Assembly (NCBI GenBank): GCA_964187785.1
Contig: OZ076421.1
Location: forward strand, 42,966,001-43,030,000
Origin: Amphiscolops sp. MND2022
Taxonomy: Eukaryota
Length of the DNA stretch: 64,000 nucleotides
Direction: 5' to 3'
Part shown: in pieces, positions 58,553 to 64,000 of the stretch
How positions within the stretch are numbered: position 1 is the stretch's first letter
How the letters are laid out: every line of letters begins with the position of its first letter
Notes under the pieces: generated by a model
Told to the model about the DNA's origin: nothing
Database searches by the model: none
The model's input: only the letters and a program-made list of their open reading frames with translations
Made by a program: the position numbers and the translations under genes

Positions 58553-61500
58553 ATGGTGGTGAGGACCAAAATAGCCGGCACTTTTCTCCAGTTGTCGGAT
58601 TCGTTAAAATCAGTTGCCAAACTGGATTTGTCGCATCTGAGAATCCTTCCAAACTTCATTACAGCCGAAGAGGAGTCCAAAATATTAGAAGAAACTGACA
58701 AGCGACTAGTTAGACAGAAGTACCAGAGAGATCATTGGGATGATGCCATCGTAGGATACAGGCAGAGACTTTGGATCATGGGAGATTTTTCGTCGTGTCA
58801 CCCAGAAGTAGAGCAAACCGAGGGTTGTTGGATTCGGTTTTGCGGAAAACCAGTCTAACACAACTCGCCGAATGCAACTCGTCGAAATTAAAGCGCGGAA
58901 AACTGGTCGAAAATTAAGTCGTCGAATAATAATTGAGTGCAAACGTGTCGAATACTTACAGGTTACCCGCAGGGACTCCCCGGGGCTAATAATGCATAAT
59001 TTTTACATAATTGATGCGTGAAATTTTTACATAATATAGCTTTTTTTGATGATTTAATGGCTTGAAATTTTTCTTTTTCAAAAATTTTCCAGTGTAATAA
59101 TTTAGAACTTCAGAACACAGTACGATCACAACGTTAACATCATATTTGCCTGAGATTATTTTCTGCACTTGCGACGAGTTTTCCACGAGTTGCTTTTCGA
59201 CAAGTTTTCTGCCTAGTTTTTTCGACCATTTGTTTTTGACAAGTTTTACTACAGTAGTGATATTATTAAAAGCAACAAAAGGCAAATCTCAAAATCGAAT
59301 ATCTCTGAAACAGCAGCGAATTTTGAAAAATGATAAAAGTGAAAGTTTCTTAGATTTTTATCTAGTTTACAAATATGTTTGTTTGAAGGTTATGCGATGA
59401 AAATTGTAGAAGTTACGATAGGCTATTTTTAGCCAAATTTAGGCCAAAATTGAGGTTTTTCTCACTTTTGACATACTTTTGCTCAAAATTTTTGAAAAAT
59501 TTTATGTTCAATTGGCACCCCTGATTTAACTGAAGCCCCTGATATGTTTTGATTAAAAAATCATTCTAAAATCGCAAAGAAAATACGCTGTAAAATTAAG
59601 TTTTTTTCGAAAATACATGTATTAAGATACGATTTTGAAATCTAGCCACTTAAAACAAGCTCGTACTAAAACAATTTACAATATTTTCGAGAAAAAGTTA
59701 TATTGTCAGATTCGAAATGTTTGGGAGAATTTTTCTGTCAAAATTATTTTGAAATCAAAAAATTGTACGTGGGTCAAAAATTCAAAAAACTAAAAATTGA
59801 TGTTTTGGAAATCGCTCTCGACCAATGAAATCAGCGCGTGAGACGTTATTTAGCCAATGAGATTTGTTTATTTGCTCTCTTTCCGCGTGCTTTGTTGCTT
59901 TTAATAATATCACTACTGTAGATTCGTTGGGTGCAAACGTGACTCATTATCGGTTTGGTGCGGCTAGCAGTTTAAAAGGTCTATGACATCTCTTCCATAC
60001 TCGGGAAACATTGTGAACGCTTAAAAAATGAAACTAATTGTAGGTTTTGTATAAGTGTGTTAAGAAAAGATGTCTATCTTACTACTTTAAGAGAATGCCC
60101 GAGAAACTTCGAAAAGTAGAGCCTGATACCCAATTTTTTTTCGAATCCTCAATCGGAATTTTTTTGAACCCCATAAAGCACAGACCTCTTGCTCAACTGA
60201 AGTCTCTGCGTGTAGAGAGTTTGAAAGCGATAGATGGAGTGAAGAGACATCGAATGTGATCAACAGAATCAGAGAAACAGCCCAGTTTGAGAACAGGCCC
60301 CGCCATCTGGTTCACGTTCTGGACATCGAGGCTGACGGTTATATCAAACCCCACATTGATAGTTCAAGGTTGTCTCAGCAGTGTTCTGTGTTAAGTAAAG
60401 TCTACAAAAGTACTAGGATAATGTTTGTTCATCTCCCTTGCCCAGTCCCCTAAGAGGCTGCAGATAGACACATCGCTAACCAGCAAAAGATGAGTCATCC
60501 ATTAGCCCCATGTTTTACGGGGAAGGGCTGTGTCGAATTTAGCAGTTTTCCGGGTACAACTCAATTAGGCCATTCTTGAGGCTCATTGAAAATACCCCTT
60601 CAAAAATGTGCTTAAAAGTTCCACCAAATACGCCGATTCAATGACTTGTTGTCACATTATTCAACTGATTTTTTAGTCGGCGCTTCATGAAGTGAACGGG
60701 ACTCTGCTAGTGACTTTTTTCAATCCACACGAACTGACCAAAATAGTTCTACAGAGCTCTACGAAACTTTAAGTTGTCAAATTGGACCATTTCGCTCAAG
60801 GAACTGAAATATAAAAGTTGTTCCTTTTTTTCAGCGTAACACAATACCGGGCGAGACGAAAATTTCAATTTTTTCGGCATTTTGATGCTTTGCGACAGAA
60901 TGGATGTTGGAAAATCCCAAAGGTTCCCCCTTCTTTTAGCGTGCCACTTCCGTCCAACTTATGGGATTTTTTTCGGGTACGGTAAAAGAATACTTGACAC
61001 TGAAGTTCTTTTGCCATTTTTGAGCCTTAGATATGGCGCCGACTTATGCCCTTCCCGGCTTGTTCTAGCTACTCTCGAAATGGGCATCACAAAAATTTTC
61101 TGTTTTTGACATTTGAAAAGGAAACAGCAAGTTTTACTTACGAATTACACCTACATGTACCTCTTAATCATAAAAATTATATTCCAATTACTCTACTCAA
61201 ACGAACTTGTTTCAAGCCATATGAAGAATCAAATCTACTTATTGAAGATGAGTGAAATTATTTTTGCTCCAGATTTATTCTTCGATTCGATTCTAAACTT
61301 GAAATACCATTTTTTTGATAGATACATTTTTAATTACTAATGCCGAAGTCGGATGTCAACTACGTTTTATAGGCCCACTTTTTATAGACACTGTTGTAAT
61401 CGCAATGAAAAACGCCAAAATTGAAAGTGAGTAAAATTTGCCCAAGTAATAGGAACAAGCCGGGACCGGCCCAAGTCGGCGCCATATCCAAGGCTCAAAA

Positions 61501-62483
61501 ATAGCAAAAGGACTTCCAAGTGTCAATTTACAGTACTCGAAAATCAAAAAAGCAAAAAAATGGACTGAGTGGCGTACCGGGGCCCGCTAGCGCGAGCCCC
61601 TGGCGCGCTAAAAGGGGGACACTTCCGAAATTGTCAACATTTTTGTCGCAGTAGAAGGGGGGACCCTTTGGAGAAAAAACAAATTTTCGAAAAAAATCTC
61701 AATGCCGATAAACTGAAGGGGGACCCTTTGGGATTTTTAAACACCCAATGTGTTGTAAAATATCAAAGAAATTGAAAGGGGGACCTTTTGGAGAGAAAAA
61801 ACTTTAGAAAAAAAGTCTCAATGCCGAAAAACTGAAAGGGGGACCCTTTGGGATTTTCCAACATCCATTCTGACGCTAAACAGTTAAGAAAATTGAAGGG
61901 GGACCTTTTGGGGAAAATAATTTTTCTGGAAAAAACGTGTCGCAGTGCCGAAAAAAAATAGAAAGGGGGGACTCTGGTCTCGCCCGGTATCGTATGTTAC
62001 GCGAAAAACAGGAAAAACCTTTTTGGTTCAGTTCGCTAGGCCACATGGTGCAATTTGGTGCAATAATATTTTGTAGAACTTTTCAAGAACTATTTTGGTC
62101 AGTTCGTGTGGATAGAAAAAAAAGAGTCACTATAATAGCGCCGACTAAAAACCAGTAAAACATGCATTCAAAGTGAAATGGTTAGAAAGACAGATGTTGA
62201 ATTACCCTTCTTGCAGAAGAACACTGGCTGTTTCACCAGGTACTGTGGAGACAAGGTAGCTGGTCTCTCGCTCTTGTCCGATTCAATCATGAAACTTGTT
62301 CACTCAGAAGATAAAGACAAGTTCGTGTTAATGTTCTTGCCAAGATTATCGCTATACGTTCTATCAGACACCTTCAGATTCGACTTCACTCATGAAATTC
62401 TGAAAAACGAAGAATCCGCTTTTGATGGAGTCCCAGTGCCGAGATCTCGGAGGATCTCAATCGTGTGTAGAAGTGAGCCGTGA
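58553..62483 (+). CDS. ALKBH7: Alpha-ketoglutarate-dependent dioxygenase AlkB homolog 7, 3 exons, ~201 aa
   Basis: join(58553-58761, 60216-60368, 62240-62483) = 606 nt. Motifs NFITAEEE, YQRDHWDDAIVGYRE, HVLDIEADGYIKPHID (HxD), VAGLSLLS, SLYVL...RFDFTHEIL, RSRRISIVCR. Intron 1 has a GC donor. Confidence 0.92.
59252..59918. mobile_element. Tc1/mariner-type MITE in ALKBH7 intron 1
   Basis: TA flanks; perfect 28-bp TIRs cagtagtgatattattaaaagcaacaaa. Confidence 0.9.
60669..61064 (+). mobile_element. HINE family 1 copy in ALKBH7 intron 2
   Basis: ttttttagtcggcgc...ggcgccgacttatgcccttcccggcttgtt. Confidence 0.8.
61454..62150 (-). mobile_element. HINE family 1 copy in ALKBH7 intron 2
   Basis: aacaagccgggaccggcccaagtcggcgcc...agcgccgactaaaa; multiple gggggacc(c/t)tttggg modules. 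Confidence 0.8.
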
Positions 62484-63408
62484 TTGGATGATTGAATGAG
62501 CCGAAAGAATCTTAGTTCAAATATGAGATGCTGCCTATCCGAAGTTGTGAAATACATTCTATTTTGTTTTTGATCATGAGACTTCCTAGAATTTTCATAT
62601 CTTTGGTTCAATTTCTCAAATTAAATATAAAATTGATTGTTGAAAATCAAACCAATTTCATTATTGAGCTTTTTCGGAATTTTTCAAAAGCCACTCATGA
62701 GTATATTCATAGGATGTTGTGCTTTTTGAACCCTGCATGGCTCTGATTTCAGACGTTCCCGGCTTGTTTGTTAGTTGACGCGTTATGAAATATAGTGACT
62801 TCTGTCGCTTTCCATTTTGTAGTCGACTCTTTAATTGAAACGTGGTGATTTTTGTGATTTTTTGTTGTTTTTTTTTTCAATCCGATCGAAGTGACCAAAG
62901 AATTTCTACAAAAAGCCAAAACGATTCAGAGGGTCTTTTTCATTTTTAAACGTATATATTCGGATGTAAAAACAGGTGTGTCCATTTTCACTGCGTTTTT
63001 TTCGCAAGATTTTGGAAATTTTTTGAAAACAGTTTCTTTACTATGCGGAGGACTTTTGCGTTTCTTGAGCTTTAAGCAGGTGCCGTTTTTGAGCCTTTGC
63101 GTTTCCGGCTTTTCCAAAATATGGGGGTGATGTGGATTTCTCATCTTCGCATGTTGATGAAACCTATCAATTCATATTGAATACCTCGAAATCATACCCG
63201 TAGTTAAACCTGCTGAACTTTCTACATGTTTCCATAAGATGCCACAAATATTTATCATGATTCTATTAAACATGGAGAAACTTTCAAGATCAAAAGTAGC
63301 AGTTGTAATAGACTTTTACCTAGCGGCAGTTCGAATCCATGGAGATTTTCAGGTTTTAATAAGCATTAAATCTATTCTCCATATCTTTGCTATTTAATTT
63401 GAACTTAA

Positions 63409-63998
63409 CCTTAAGTTGGCCAGGAAAAATCTTGTTGCATCCAAAAATCAGGTGCTTCAACTTTAAACCGCAATATCTCCTGAACTATACAAGTCCGACA
63501 AACGATTTATACAGCGTTCGAAAGAGGAGCATTGGGGCTTTCAAATCAATTTTTAAACTGCTGGCCTTGGGGCCCGCTAGCAAGGGCCCCTTGCGCGCAA
63601 AGTTTTTTGCGCGAAGTTCTCCGCTGGCGTGCGGCTTCGCCGCACTGGCTCCGAACTTTGCGCCAAAACTTTGCACGCGTCGTGTCTCTGCTTGCTTTTC
63701 AGCATGTTTCAAAACATGCTGGGGACGCTTTGACCCAATGTTGATACCAGTGGGATAAAAGGGGCACAAACGAAAACTGGGAAAACGGAAAATCTGCACT
63801 TATTTTTCTTTTGATTTTTTCGCGTCATTTTCTGGGTTTTGGAGACATCACGTCAATTTTCCGTGAAAAGGCGCCGAATGCTATGCAATATTGTCTGAAA
63901 CTCTTATTAAAGGGTTTGCTTTACCATACAATCAGCTGGTGCGTTAAGAATTTGCAGAAACAAAATGTGCCAAATTTGGCACATTGGCCAAGTTAAGG
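63409..63998. mobile_element. piggyBac-type MITE
   Basis: TTAA at 63405-08; TIRs ccttaagttggcca/tggccaagttaagg match at 13 of 14; the window ends with TT of the presumed right TSD. Confidence 0.75.
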
Positions 63999-64000
63999 TT

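Noticed and set aside
58751-60219. Canonical GT-AG alternative for ALKBH7 intron 1
   Set aside because: It needs a weak GAG acceptor and deletes the conserved VGYRE residues; not excluded without RNA data, but less likely.
1-64000. Prokaryotic or phage origin
   Set aside because: Phase-consistent spliceosomal introns, animal-type genes and eukaryotic transposon superfamilies throughout.

Overview
AT-rich, repeat-dense animal (metazoan) genomic DNA with spliceosomal introns; it is not prokaryotic. The repeat landscape reminds me of acoel-worm assemblies, but I have not verified that. LEFT ~25.6 kb: a minus-strand, frameshifted rolling-circle (Helentron/Helitron2-type) transposon complex. One RepHel polyprotein pseudogene reads Cys-rich region > JAMM/MPN (AMSH-like) domain > 12-aa KRKYQE repeats > DUF6570-like > HUH/Y2 Rep > Pif1 helicase (a ~994-bp piece amplified 6x) > APE endonuclease. 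Upstream of it, on the same strand, lie a second Pif1 helicase fused to a GIY-YIG nuclease and three accessory ORFs. The block is bracketed by the two termini of an abundant non-autonomous Helentron (HINE/DINE-1-like) family. RIGHT ~38 kb: four same-strand host genes, MCRS1, an 8-exon SERINC, a 2-exon DYNC2LI1 and a 3-exon ALKBH7 (first intron probably GC-AG). Their introns and spacers hold a near-intact DD35E Tc1 element, hAT/piggyBac/Tc1-type MITEs, two HINE families (several copies carrying tRNA-derived cassettes) and tandem arrays. The most striking cross-cutting pattern: a YAG splice acceptor sits 6-8 nt upstream of the ATG in three host genes and in four ORFs of the transposon block. This suggests spliced-leader trans-splicing and a polycistronic giant Helentron. 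All domain calls come from motif recognition by eye; no database searches were run.
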